This document shows positions 1 through 11,700 of a DNA stretch of 64,000 bases, one piece after another. Location: positions 15,052,795-15,116,794 of the forward strand of contig NC_092670.1 in assembly GCF_964355755.1 (NCBI RefSeq), written 5' to 3'. A program made the translations under genes and the position numbers. Each line of letters begins with the position of its first letter. Position 1 is the first letter of the stretch. A model generated the notes under the pieces. That model had not been told where the DNA came from. It saw nothing but the letters and a program-made list of their open reading frames with translations, and made no database searches. The stretch is from Antedon mediterranea (lineage: Eukaryota > Animalia > Echinodermata).

Positions 1-208
1 GGACAAATTCATATTTTTTGAAACGGTAATTTTTTTATTGTCATATTTTGTCTGGTTAAATATCGAAAAACTAAAGATGATGATCAATCATTATTGTGAA
101 CATTCGTATTGCAATTATTTTTTTACAATCTCTTTTAATTAACTCAGAATAAAAGGTAGATATTATTAAGCTGAAAATGTAGATAACTGGCTAAACATTG
201 AAACTGAC

Positions 209-366
209 CTTAATATATCCAACATCAGTTGGTTCATCAGCCGGGTCTGGTTTATCCTGTCGTTTTTTTCTCAATGACCTTGTGGTGGTTGCGTCATCGC
301 TCACCTCAACTTGCCGAAGAAAAGAATCAGCTTTCTCTTTCGTGATTTGCGAGTATTTAGATGATG
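209..366 (-). CDS. Exon 2 of a secreted precursor protein (propeptide, RKKR site)
   Basis: Acceptor ttttttcctcag, donor gtcagt; 158 nt, phase 1 to 0; (A)SSKYSQITKEKADSFLRQVEVSDDATTTRSLRKKRQDKPDPADEPTDVGYIK. Confidence 0.7.
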
Positions 367-539
367 CTGAGGAAAAAAACCCCAGCAAAACATTATTACA
401 TTATATTATGGTTTAGTAGCTTACAGTAAAAAGGCTAAAGTAGGCTAAAATTTAAAATGGTGAAATATGCCTAGTAATGTCTCATGATGGAGATTTATTG
501 TTCATTCTTTTTATTTTTTATAGAAATACATTACAAATA

Positions 540-735
540 TAGCCTAGGTAGGCCTAGTAGAATACCATAATACTGTACAGGCCTAACCTTGCTAGCTAGG
601 CCTTATACAGCTAGTAACTAACTCGGCTAGGGCCTAGCTAGCCAGCCTAGCTAGGCCTAGTTACTTAGGCTAGGCCACGCTCTAGGCCTAGCTAGCCCTA
701 CTCTCGGTACCTAGCTAGGTAGGCCTGGCCCTACT
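540..735. repeat. Low-complexity GGCCTAG/GCTAG tract (continues at 2742-2950)
   Basis: Dense aggcct/cctagg/gctagc hexamers on both sides of the foldback insertion. Confidence 0.7.
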
Positions 736-2733
736 GGTGTCAGATGAAATCGGTCGCGCTTGAAATCGGTCGCGTTTGAAATCGGTCGCGATAAAATCAA
801 CTTCCGGTATTTTGTATGGCGCGCCGCTAGAGCTATACTTTTGATTATATCGGTCGCGTTTGAAATCGGTCGCGTTTGAAATCGGTCGCGCTATTTTGTA
901 TGGATCGAGCGGGATGCATGCTAGAGCGGGATATACATTTTTCGTTTATATAGATTTAATTGATATTTTTAAGGAACTAGATTATTTATGTGGATATTTG
1001 TTACTTGGTTAATAAATATTTATTATTAATCATTAATTAATTTTTTTTTTTTATTTCACAGGTCTCGGAGAAGGACGGTGTCTTTTCAAAATGGCCATTT
1101 CTAAACACGTTTAAATATTATATTAGGCATAATGTTATATTATGCATATAATAATTTACCTCTATTTATATGTACTGTAATTAATATATTATATAGAGAA
1201 TATACGTTTGTCGTGTCTTTTATTATGCAAACAATTACGTATGGTTTTAGGATATTAATAAAATATATAGATAATATGCCGATGATAGATGTGAGAATAA
1301 TAATGTATGGATAATAAAGGTGGACACAATTCTCAAAGAGGTAATCTGCACTGATATTTAAACGTTTAGATTTACGAACGGCGTATGAATGCGAGACACT
1401 GAGTTGCACTTACTTAATTATTTACATTAAATGATTATTATAAATGAAGAAAAAAATAAAAAATATTCAAATTAAAATCTATAGTATCGCCGACGTATAT
1501 ACGTATAAATCATACTGTCAAATTATAGAAAAAGTGCTTTATTCGGAATTATTATGGATAAGCAAGCCTGTGAGCTACAGCGATTTAATTGCTTTTGCTT
1601 ATCCTTGCCTCCTTACATTTCCACGTGTCTTGATTTGGTTACCTATGTTTTAAATGTATTTCGATTTTAAAGGCTAAATAAACTTAATGAATGAACATGA
1701 TCTCATAATCGCGTCGAGCATCTATAGCTCATCGGATCGTTTCACAAAAACACGTGCAGGAGGCCTATAGACCTTTCAAATGTATGGTTATTAGTAATAG
1801 ACGTCATCTTTACCTCGCCATGGACAACGATCGTACGTGTTTTCTCCATGATTTGACACACTACTAGTGCGTGTTTTTTAAAAAGGGGAATCCCCGTCAG
1901 CAAAATAACGTATTGTTAGAGGAAACAGCTGCACGATCATAGAAGGCGCATCTCCAATATGGCTTATTCGGGGGTTTATTTCAGTAACTCGCCTGTTAAC
2001 CATCCGCATATAATGATCATTTTACTAAAAACTATTTTAAACATTAGAAATAAAAACATACACGTGATTTGCCTCAACAATAATCATTATACACTTAGAA
2101 AATAGAAATAAAAATAAGGTGATCGAATAGTGATATAATCAGTCACAGTATGCATAAGTATAAAAATGGATACGCTGGCTTTACGGGCTATATTGTAAAA
2201 ATTCTTGTTTTTAAATAAATTGTTCTCTTTTACGTAATTGTTTGCGTAATAAAAGACACGACAGACGTATATTCTCTATATAATATATTAATTACAGTAC
2301 ATATTAATAGAAGTAAATTATTATATGCCTAATAAATATAACATTATGCCTAATATAATATTTAAACGTGTTTAGAAATGGCCATTTTGAAAAGATACAG
2401 TCCTTCTCCGAGACCTGTGAAATACAAAAAAAAAATTAATTTAATGATTGATAATAAATATTTATTAACCATCCACATAAATAATCTAGTTCCTAAAAAA
2501 TATCAATTAAATCTATATAAACGAAAAATGTATATCCCGTTCTAGCATGCATCCCGCTCGATCCATACAAAATAGCGCGACCGATTTCAAACGCGACCGA
2601 TTTCAAACGCGACCGATATCATCAAAAGGATTATAGCTCTAGCGGCGCGCCATACAAAATACCGGAAGTTGATTTTATCGCGACCGATTTCAAACGCGAC
2701 CGATTTCAGACGCGACCGATTTCATCGTAAACC
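736..2733. mobile_element. Non-autonomous foldback DNA transposon (~2.0 kb, ~500 bp TIRs with 16-bp subrepeats)
   Basis: 736-~1241 is the reverse complement of ~2231-2733; repeats of gaaatcggtcgcgttt; 8-bp TSD gccctact at 728-735 and 2734-2741; no credible ORF. Confidence 0.92.
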
Positions 2734-2986
2734 GCCCTACTCAGCTCTCACCCTAGGTCTCTTAGTCTTAGCCTAGTTAGGCCAAGCGGCAACTAGTACC
2801 AGCCTATGATGAGGGGATAGGAGGTAGGGCCTAGCTAGCCTAACTAGACCTACTAGGCTAGGCCTAGCCCCTAGCCTAGCTAGCTAGGAGAGGCCTAGCT
2901 AGCTAGCTAGCTAGGCCTAATGATTATCTAGGCCTATCCTAGCTAGGAGGGTGAATTTTATGCTTAGTACACCATGTGATTTATAC

Positions 2987-3038
2987 CTGCGACTGTTGTA
3001 GCTCCTGCCAAAAGGCATAATAATATAAATATTTGCAT
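2987..3038 (-). CDS. First coding exon of the secreted precursor (signal peptide)
   Basis: ATG at 3038; MQIFILLCLLAGATTVA; phase-1 donor gtataa joins exon 366-209 in frame. Confidence 0.7.
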
Positions 3039-3253
3039 AATTCCAAAAAATGTATATGTTTCTTGTTACAACTCCCCGAAAAATAGCTAAATATTGCCTA
3101 CTAACTGTACAAACAAAATCGTAAAACCACAATAAAAGTATCGCCACTCATTGCTAGAGTGCGCCACCAACGAGATGACATTCTATCAGAAAATATTAAT
3201 AATACTGTATAATTCAAATTAAAAATATCAATGTGGGAAACCTGTATTATAGA

Positions 3254-3348
3254 GGGTAGTTGTCCTAGGGGGTAGTTGTCCTAGAGGGTAGTTGTCCTAG
3301 GGGGTAATTGTCCTAGGGGTAGTTGTCCAGGGGGTAGTTGTCCTAGAC
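3254..3348. mobile_element. Solo terminal arm of the GGACAACTACCCC foldback family
   Basis: Tandem gggtagttgtcctag units ending tcctagacc, matching the right arm of 31104-33098. Confidence 0.75.
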
Positions 3349-4004
3349 CTGATTTTATTTGTAAGCGCTTTGGGACTTTTTGCTCAAATAATAGACAACA
3401 CTCCTGCGGGTCTAGGCCTACGGTATATCAAATTGACTATTTTGATCGAAACGTGAAGAAACTCAGTTTGATAACTAATATACGTGGTATACCGCATACA
3501 CATACAACTGTTATATTAATTTTTGCATTTCATTATTTTAAAATTAATTTATTAACTTTATTTTTATTTATTTTTTTCCTAATTTTCTATTTTTAAAGGC
3601 AATCCCGTCACAAGATTCACATCTTTCTTCTGGGATCTGCCTTCGTCCATGTTCATCTCTTGCCATTGTTGTTTTTTGTTACTTTTTATTTTTTGGACGT
3701 TGAATTTCTCCATGCAAACCAACAATCTCAAACAATATAAAATCAACAACCATGGCATTAACAACACGTCCTTTTCCTTTTGTTATCGTCATCGTCATCA
3801 TTTCATTTAGGATTCGACATCATATCGAAGACATAATTCATACCTACGCAACTTGAAAAACCATGGTTTGTATTATCAATTACCAACAATGTCATCATTA
3901 ATCGTCGCCAACATCATACGTCGTCATCCTCACCGCCTGCAAAAACGTTACCACCACACCACCATGGATGGAGGATCACAATAATTATTATTTTGATATA
4001 AAGT

Positions 4005-4145
4005 TTGTTCACTCCTGAGGATGATCAAAGCATATTGAACGAAACGTCGAGAAACTCAACAGTTATTTTCAGAAATAATACACGTGGTGTTCCGCAAACT
4101 CTTGATATCAACATTTGATTTCGCAATGCAAACCTTCAAACAATA
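4005..4145 (+). mobile_element. Penelope-like element terminal remnant
   Basis: Carries a hammerhead motif; related copies at ~3440-3500 and ~53280-53375 (gagaaactcaacag...cgtggtgt...tgcaaaccttcaaacaa). Confidence 0.6.
4012..4051 (+). ncRNA. Minimal hammerhead ribozyme motif
   Basis: ctc CTGAGGA t-gatcaa-agcata-ttgaac GAAA CGTC gag: core boxes, stem II (one mismatch), palindromic ACGT stem III, GUC site, ctc/gag stem I. Confidence 0.6.
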
Positions 4146-4169
4146 ATTATTATTATATGTATGGTAATA

Positions 4170-4399
4170 CCGTATTTATTTGAATAAACACCTCGGGAAT
4201 ATTGTTTAGGATCGGATGATTTTAGGGGAAGTTTATTCGGGGGAAGTTTATTCGGGGGAAGTTTATTCGGGGGAAGCGTTTGTTTTGTCGGTGTAATATG
4301 GTAACATGTATAATCAAATAACGCTCCAAAGGCGTTATTCGAGGGACGAATAACAAATAATATTCCATTGAAGGAGGCATTTTATTCAAATAAATACGG
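4170..4399. mobile_element. Tc1/mariner (pogo/Tigger)-type MITE
   Basis: TIR ccgtatttatttgaataaa / tttattcaaataaatacgg, TA on both sides; internal ggggaagtttattcg repeats. Confidence 0.8.
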
Positions 4400-4559
4400 T
4401 AGTTGTGAACTATAATAAAGAACACGCTATGATCTCTGATTTCATTTGCCAAAAGGATAATTTTAATGCAGCTGATTGTCAATGGAGAATAACTGTTCCC
4501 ATCACCTTTACCGAAAGAACGAAATTAGAAAAAAAAATGTAACTAATTTACCAAATATT

Positions 4560-4990
4560 TGATTAATTAATACTGGATTAATATCGATAGTATTGATATT
4601 GAAAACTGGTGTCAACGTGTATTATTGATAAGTTCAATAATGATTATTTGATGTTGATAACATTCAATTGATATTGAAAACTGCTGTTAAAAATTGATAA
4701 CTCAGTAGTAATTATTTCATCAATATATATTGAACAGTGTTAAATATTATTGATACCTCGATAGTCATTATTTCATGTTTATATATCAATATATTGAACA
4801 CTGTTAGGTATCATTGATAAATATATAATAACAATCTGATGTTGATAACACTGATATAGATTTATAAAACTGGTATGAACAAGCGTTATTGCTAATATTA
4901 ATGATAATTACTTGATATCAATTGATAAAAACTATTGTTAACATGTGTATTAATACTCAATAATGATATTTTATGTTGATAACATTAATT
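4560..4990. repeat. Degenerate AT-rich tandem repeat (attgata/gttgataac motifs)
   Basis: Recurring ttgataa...caataatgattatttgatgttgataac units. Confidence 0.5.
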
Positions 4991-5371
4991 ATTATTTAAA
5001 TAGCCCCATATATATTCTTCAAATCATTTCTAAAATAAACTTTTATCTTTACATGAGTATATTTCATTTACAAACGTTCATCTAATTTGCTGTTAATCAT
5101 TTTCATCCTACAATCTACTCCACAATTCATTTACAGAGCCAAATTATTAAATGTACCCAATACCTTGGGTTCGGGTCAAAATATATATTTTTTTTCAATC
5201 TAATATGTGATAAATAAAAGATTAATTTTTTTAAATGCTAAATTAAATTAATATTTTAACAACAGCTGCAGATAATCTTAGTTAAAGACGTTCCATGGTC
5301 ATAAACTTAATACTTTTTTTATTTACTAGTATATAATCTGGCATGATTGTATACTGCCGTACTAGCTTCAA

Positions 5372-5706
5372 TTACACGTTAACAAAACCAAAGGCATTAC
5401 CACTCAGTTGCGGTGTTTCTGCCTCGTACTCGCAACTGTTGCATGAGCACTCTTCAATGACGAAGTATTCATGTTGAATTGTATTGATTCCATCAGAACA
5501 TACTAGTTCTACGGTGCTTGTAGAGATCGTTGTTGGCTTGCAACAATCACAAGCTACACTCACGTTTGTCATTGATTCTGTGACATTAGCCTTGGAGTTG
5601 CAACGACCTTGACACATTGTACGCTGGACATAACTATTAGCCACACATCCATCATATTCAAAGTTTTCAATCTGCTCACTTACCACTCTGCAATTCTCCA
5701 GAGGTT
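5372..5706 (-). CDS. Mucin last exon: C-terminal cystine knot (CTCK)
   Basis: 11 Cys: [30 protein letters not shown], then stop; acceptor cttcag. Confidence 0.93.
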
Positions 5707-8700
5707 CTGAAGTTGCAATTATAAATACAATTTATTTACACTTGTCTTATTTAAATAGTCTCAAAAAGCAACATAAATAACAATTGTAAAGAAAAGTTAA
5801 CATTAAGTTAAAAAGTATCTTTTAAGTAAAAACAATTAAAATTCTTTTAATTCTTTTAATAAATTAAACACAAAACTATCGGCATTAGTTGTATATATAT
5901 ATAATATATGTACTTACCACATATAGGACAACATACGCCCTCCATGTATCTTAAGGTACCCTGATTTAAAAAAAAAAATGCAATTAAGAAATTAAAATAT
6001 CTACATGATTCTCTGTATTGTATCTCCATATTATGGTATATATATTACATGATTGATATTTAAATGACATATTATATTACAGAAATTGCCTGGACAAATT
6101 ATTATATAAAGTATTGACAATTCTTATTAAATAATTATAGAAAAACACTGAATATAATTTATTCAATATACACTGTGCTGTGTTTACAGTCGGATCTCAA
6201 AGTCTTTACGTCACACATTTACTAGCACAATAAATGTAATCTAAATTTAAAAGTTCATATATATGTCGACGAGTAACCCAGTAGTGAACGTGAACTTCCA
6301 CTCAAGTCGAAAAGTCCCTATTATCAAAATAACAATATTTACCTCTTCGCACGTGTTATCACATTGAGTCGTGTTCGTTGAGACACCTTCGTCTGTGCAT
6401 GTCATTGACTGGCAAACATCACTAGTCGGAATCGTTTCACCAATCTAAAAAATATATATATAAAATATAGAAAGAGGATATACTCAGATATAAAAAAAAT
6501 TACCTTTTTTTAAAAATAGTTTAATATACAAAAAAAAAACATACTCACATTGTAAATTTGATTATTAACAAGGCAGACTGTAAAAAAAAACAATAAAAAT
6601 GAAAAGTTAATAGATGATTGTAAAAACTATCAAGCTACATTCAGATTTAGCATTAAAATAAGTTTGTTTGCTTTTCACTTCACAATGTGATAATTTATCT
6701 ACTAATTTTTACAATAACATACCATATAAGGACCTTTATGCTTTATAGGGCCTGTTGCTACGGAAAAATTTAAAAGAACTGTATTCTGGGAATACCTGTT
6801 TTATAAAAAGAAAATCGGTTCTTTTGATATGAATGTGTTTCTACTGGCAAGAATATACTGTTCTTTCAAAATACGGTATTTTAAATCCGTATTCTCTTCT
6901 CAGCAGAAACAGGCCCATAGAATCTAACACATTTTTTCTCATTCACTTATTTCTTGTATTCTCCTACACATCTTGACAGTAATTGGCTTATTCACATAAG
7001 TAATACGGATTTGTTCTCATATGTCCCGTCATTAAAAAAAGTAAGTTTGTAATACATTTGCTATATTCCCAACAATATTTAAAACTGAAATGTGACCTTA
7101 CCTTCCACCATTGGTGTGGTACCTAAATAAAAAACAATAATAATAGCAATGATTAATAATTAATTAACTTTTTAAACTCCAACAATTAAAGATGTATTGT
7201 CCCCCCAAAAACATGAAAAATGAAGATTAATTAAATCAGACTTTGAATATGTTATTTTGTAGTTTTAATCAAGTTAATCATTTCCGTAGAAAAAAAAAAT
7301 GTTTTCACTTATAAAATGACAAAATAAATGGTTAAATTCAACCAATTGGCTGGCAGCCAATTTGACAATTTTTTGCTTTAAATTACAGTTTTTTCAGGTA
7401 AATAAATTTTTTTTTTGGATCCAATTTTTGGTCAAAGTGGATAAATATTAAGTTACATTAAAATGGCATATTCAACAAATATTTTGTTGACAATTATTTT
7501 CCCAGGGGGACAATACATCTTTAAGTATAAATATAGTTATGTTTGTCTAGTTTATATTTTATATTAATAATTGTTATACTGCATATTCTGAAATCTGATT
7601 TTTAACATAGCAAGTAGTAGCAACATTTAGTTAGTTGTAATCCATAATGAAGAAATATTAAAGCAAAATTTAGTTTACCTGTTTGTGACGTTGCTTCAGT
7701 TGTACCTAGAAAAGCAATTAAATAAATGAAATACAAACAATTAAATGAATGAATCCATTAATTTTGAAAACTAGATTTTCTACTGAATTATGGAAGAGGT
7801 CATAGTTTAAATCAAATAACTTCTGTAGATGAGTAACTTAACAAAAAAAATGTAGTAACAACTTAAGCTAGTTTTTATTATTTTCATATTACAGTAGAAA
7901 GTCTCAGGTAATATTTTCGCCCCAAGTTGCTTCATAGACTTCTACATTGAAACAAACTAAAATAATACAGTAGTGCAGTAACTAAAGTAATTTTAACATG
8001 ATTTCTTATTTCAAAGATTATTTTATTATTATTAAAAATTAAAAGTTTAATTAACTAGGACAAATTTGTAGGCTATATATAAATATTGGGTACTGTATTG
8101 TCCCTTGAAACACAAAAAATGAAGGTCAAAATATTCTAAATTTAAATTGGCCATATCAAAGTAATATTAAAGTTATTCACTTTAAGTCGAAAATTTGAGC
8201 AAAAAACAAGTTTACGTAAATTAATTTGATTACATCTCATCTGGAAAATCATCGCGAACGAAAGTAAACAAAGACTTTAAACCACAAGTATGCATTATGC
8301 ATGATGCTATTAAGATTGTTTACAACTTGTCACGGTTGAAAAGGTGTTTTCACACAGATCGCGAGGAAGTTTTATGATTATGCATATAGAGTAGCCTTAT
8401 GAGATATGTTTTGATCAAAAACTTTGACTGGAAGTCAAAGTTATTTTTTTTAACATTAAAACATCCGTATTTCAGTTAAATGATTTTTTGGTTGACTAAT
8501 TTTTGGTAAAAGTTAACAACTATTATGATACTTCAAAATGACCCTTTTGTTTCGAAATCTTTTTTAAAATTTTTTTTGGAATTAGTCAAAAGGACAATAC
8601 ATCTTTAAATGAAAAGAGAAATTTCCTTTTTTTTTACATAAACGATAAAGTTTGAATTAAATCAAGTTTATTCACCTGTTGTTGTTGATGGTGGTGGTGG

Positions 8701-11700
8701 TTGTGTACCTAAATAAATAATAAACAAAAAATTAAAATTAAAAAAAAATTAATTTTATGAGAAATGTTTAATGAATAAACAAATACTTTCATATTTTGGG
8801 ATTTTTCCAAATAATAATAAATTTTAACCAATTAATCAAACACATAAATAAGTAAAAGCCTTTGGTGAATCACATAGAAGTAATAAAATAAACAGAAAAA
8901 CAGATGAACAATTGAAACTGAAAGGCCACAAATGACATCAACTGCAAAACTAACGTTACATAACTATTCAATGTTATGCCAAAATAGTTGGCATAAATGC
9001 TTATTGCTCAAGTTTTAAAGTTTTAAATAATTTCGAAAACTTTCCTTGGCTTAAGTTTTTTTTTTCTGTATAAACCTAATGGTTCATTTATCAACTTCAT
9101 GTATGGAAACGAATGCATACTCTAAACATTAAAATACACTACATCATATTGGGATTCAATGAGAAGTCGCTGAACAACTTTGGACAATTAAAATGGATGT
9201 TGTGCTATTTTAAAGTAAAGAGTACTTTTGATTCGCAACAACCGACAACCAAACAAAGTTATGTTAATTCATTGTGTCCGCGCGGGAGGGAAGTTGGAAA
9301 GTGCTTCCTCGTTCTATAATACCTCAACACAGCATGGTGGTTTCTAGTTCAAGCTGACGACTGACAGCAGATGAATTGACCTGAACTAGTTTCATATTCT
9401 TAGGTTGTCGGTTGTTGCAAATAAAGCCTGTTATTCTACTAGGCAAATTTGTTTGCACAAATTTAAAGCGGCAGCCTATATGCTTGCATATTCATGTTTC
9501 CATCTCCCAAAAAATCCCTTTCTACCTATGTATCTAAGCTGACGTTTTCGATTCACCTAGTGGAAAATAGGCTTAATGTACATGATTGAAGGCTCTTGTA
9601 TTATAATAATAATATATTTTTAAAGACAGGAGAAGCTAGAAGGAACTGAGAACATATTATTTAAGGATAAAAGTACAGTTTGTTAATGTCATAATAGTTA
9701 GAGACCAAGTCAAAGTTGTTCTACGGCAGTTACTACATTCTGTTAATACTATTTATACAATTATTTAGCAACCTGTTTATGGTTAATCATACACTCTATT
9801 ATTGCAGTGACTGCCTCATATACGGCAACATTGGAATAAACTAAATTTATACAGTAACTGCAGTAAAAACTTTGACATGATCTGATAGTTAGCACACAAA
9901 GAATTAGAATAAGTCCCCTTTTTTTAATAGAAAACCAAAATATTCAGTTTTATTAACCTGCTGTTGTTGTTGATGGTGGTGGCGGAGCTGTTGATGAACC
10001 TTTAAACAAGTTTATAAAAAACTGTTATTCATTTATTTTAATTAATTCAATCTTTATCAGCTTAATTGATAAATTTTAATTTACTTTTATTATGTTTTAA
10101 TTGTATCCTTTTTTGTAATATATATGTAAACAAAAATTCAGTTTTATTAACCTGCTGTTGTTGTTGATGGTGGTGGTGGCGCTGTTGATGAACCTTTAAA
10201 GTTGATAAAAAACTGATTGTTATTTATTTATTTTAAATAATACAATCTTTATCAGTTTAGTTGCTAACTTTTTAATTTACTTCTATTATCTTTTAATTAG
10301 TATATTTTATTGTAATATATAAAATCTACTATACTTATATTGAGCATTTTCAAAATTGTTTATAAAACATTAAAAGTTCAATTTTGTTAACATGTTGTTG
10401 TTGATGGTGGTTCAGTTGTACCTAAAAAAACGTTTATGAAATGTTGAGAGTTATTTCTTTATTTCAAATAATAAAATATTTCTCAGTTTCATATTGTATA
10501 TTTATGTAAAATCAAACATGCTACTTATATTGAGTATTTTCAAAATTATTTATTAAAACATTAAAAGTTTGAATTAAATCAAGTTTATTCACCTGTTGTT
10601 GTTGATGGTGGTTGTGTACCTAAAAAAGTTCATAAAATGTTGGAGTTATTTCATTATTTCAAACTATTGTTTGAAATGTGGACATTGAATTCCAAGACAA
10701 ATTTGTTTCGCTTTAATTATTTTAATTGAAAATACCCTAGATATTTGTTTGCCATAAACAACAACTTTTGATGTAATTAATCAAGTTTATTCACCTGTTG
10801 TTGTTGATGGTGGTTGTGTACCTCAAGAAAGGTTATGAAATGTTCAGTTATTTTTTCTATTACAAATATTTATTAGAATCTATAAGTTTAATTACTACAA
10901 TCACGGAAGAGTGAAAAAACACCCTTTCCTGCTAAAATAAATATGGACATTGAATGTATATTGAAATTATTTGGCCAAGACAAATTCGCATTTTTTGTTG
11001 TGATTATTTTAAATGTATTAACAAATTAACTATTTAAAATGTCGATATCTCTGTTGGATTTAATTCAAATAAAATAAGAAAAAAAAAATGCACATTGCGT
11101 ATTATCCAGTATGTATCTTTGTTGTTATTGTTTTATCGATGTTACGATGGAAAATAAAATGGCAAAGGCTTACTTTCAGTTGTAGGAACAGGTGTAGTTG
11201 TCCTCCTCGTAACGGTCGTACTTGGAGTAGTTGTAGTTTCTGTTGTCGTTGTCTCGCCCATTGTGGTAACAGTGGTTATGGTAGTAGTAGTTTCCTCGAT
11301 AATAGTTGTAAGAGAAGTCGTTGATTCTGTTGGCGACACTGTTGTAGAACGAATGGTAGTTTCCGTCGGTGTAGCAGTGGTACTGGTAACAGTGGTTGTT
11401 GTCATTTCAGTAGGAGTGCTTTCAGTAGTGGTCGAAACCGTTGTCGTTTCAACAGTCACTGTGAAAAATATTAAGAAACGTAATAATCATCAAGTGCTAT
11501 CCAGAATGTCTTTTATCCACTCAGGAGCTAGGCCTAGCTAAACTTAATCTGCTAAATATTAATTATAATCTATACATTATCAATTCAAAAAATAAATAAA
11601 AAGCAGGTTGAACAAATTGTCAATAATAGAGCAAATTAACAAATAGTTAAGCTGTTGAGGTAAACAGGAAAAAAGGTTAGGGCTGTTACGCATGTGACAT

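Noticed and set aside
2917-3147. 76-aa ORF from the track
   Set aside because: A different frame over the same exon gives a signal peptide and the correct splice phase
3150-3180. gcgccaccaacg as a CTCF-like site upstream of the secreted-precursor gene
   Set aside because: Only a partial motif match; not supportable by eye
5318-5323. AATAAA polyadenylation signal after the mucin stop
   Set aside because: Sequence is too AT-rich for a single hexamer to be informative
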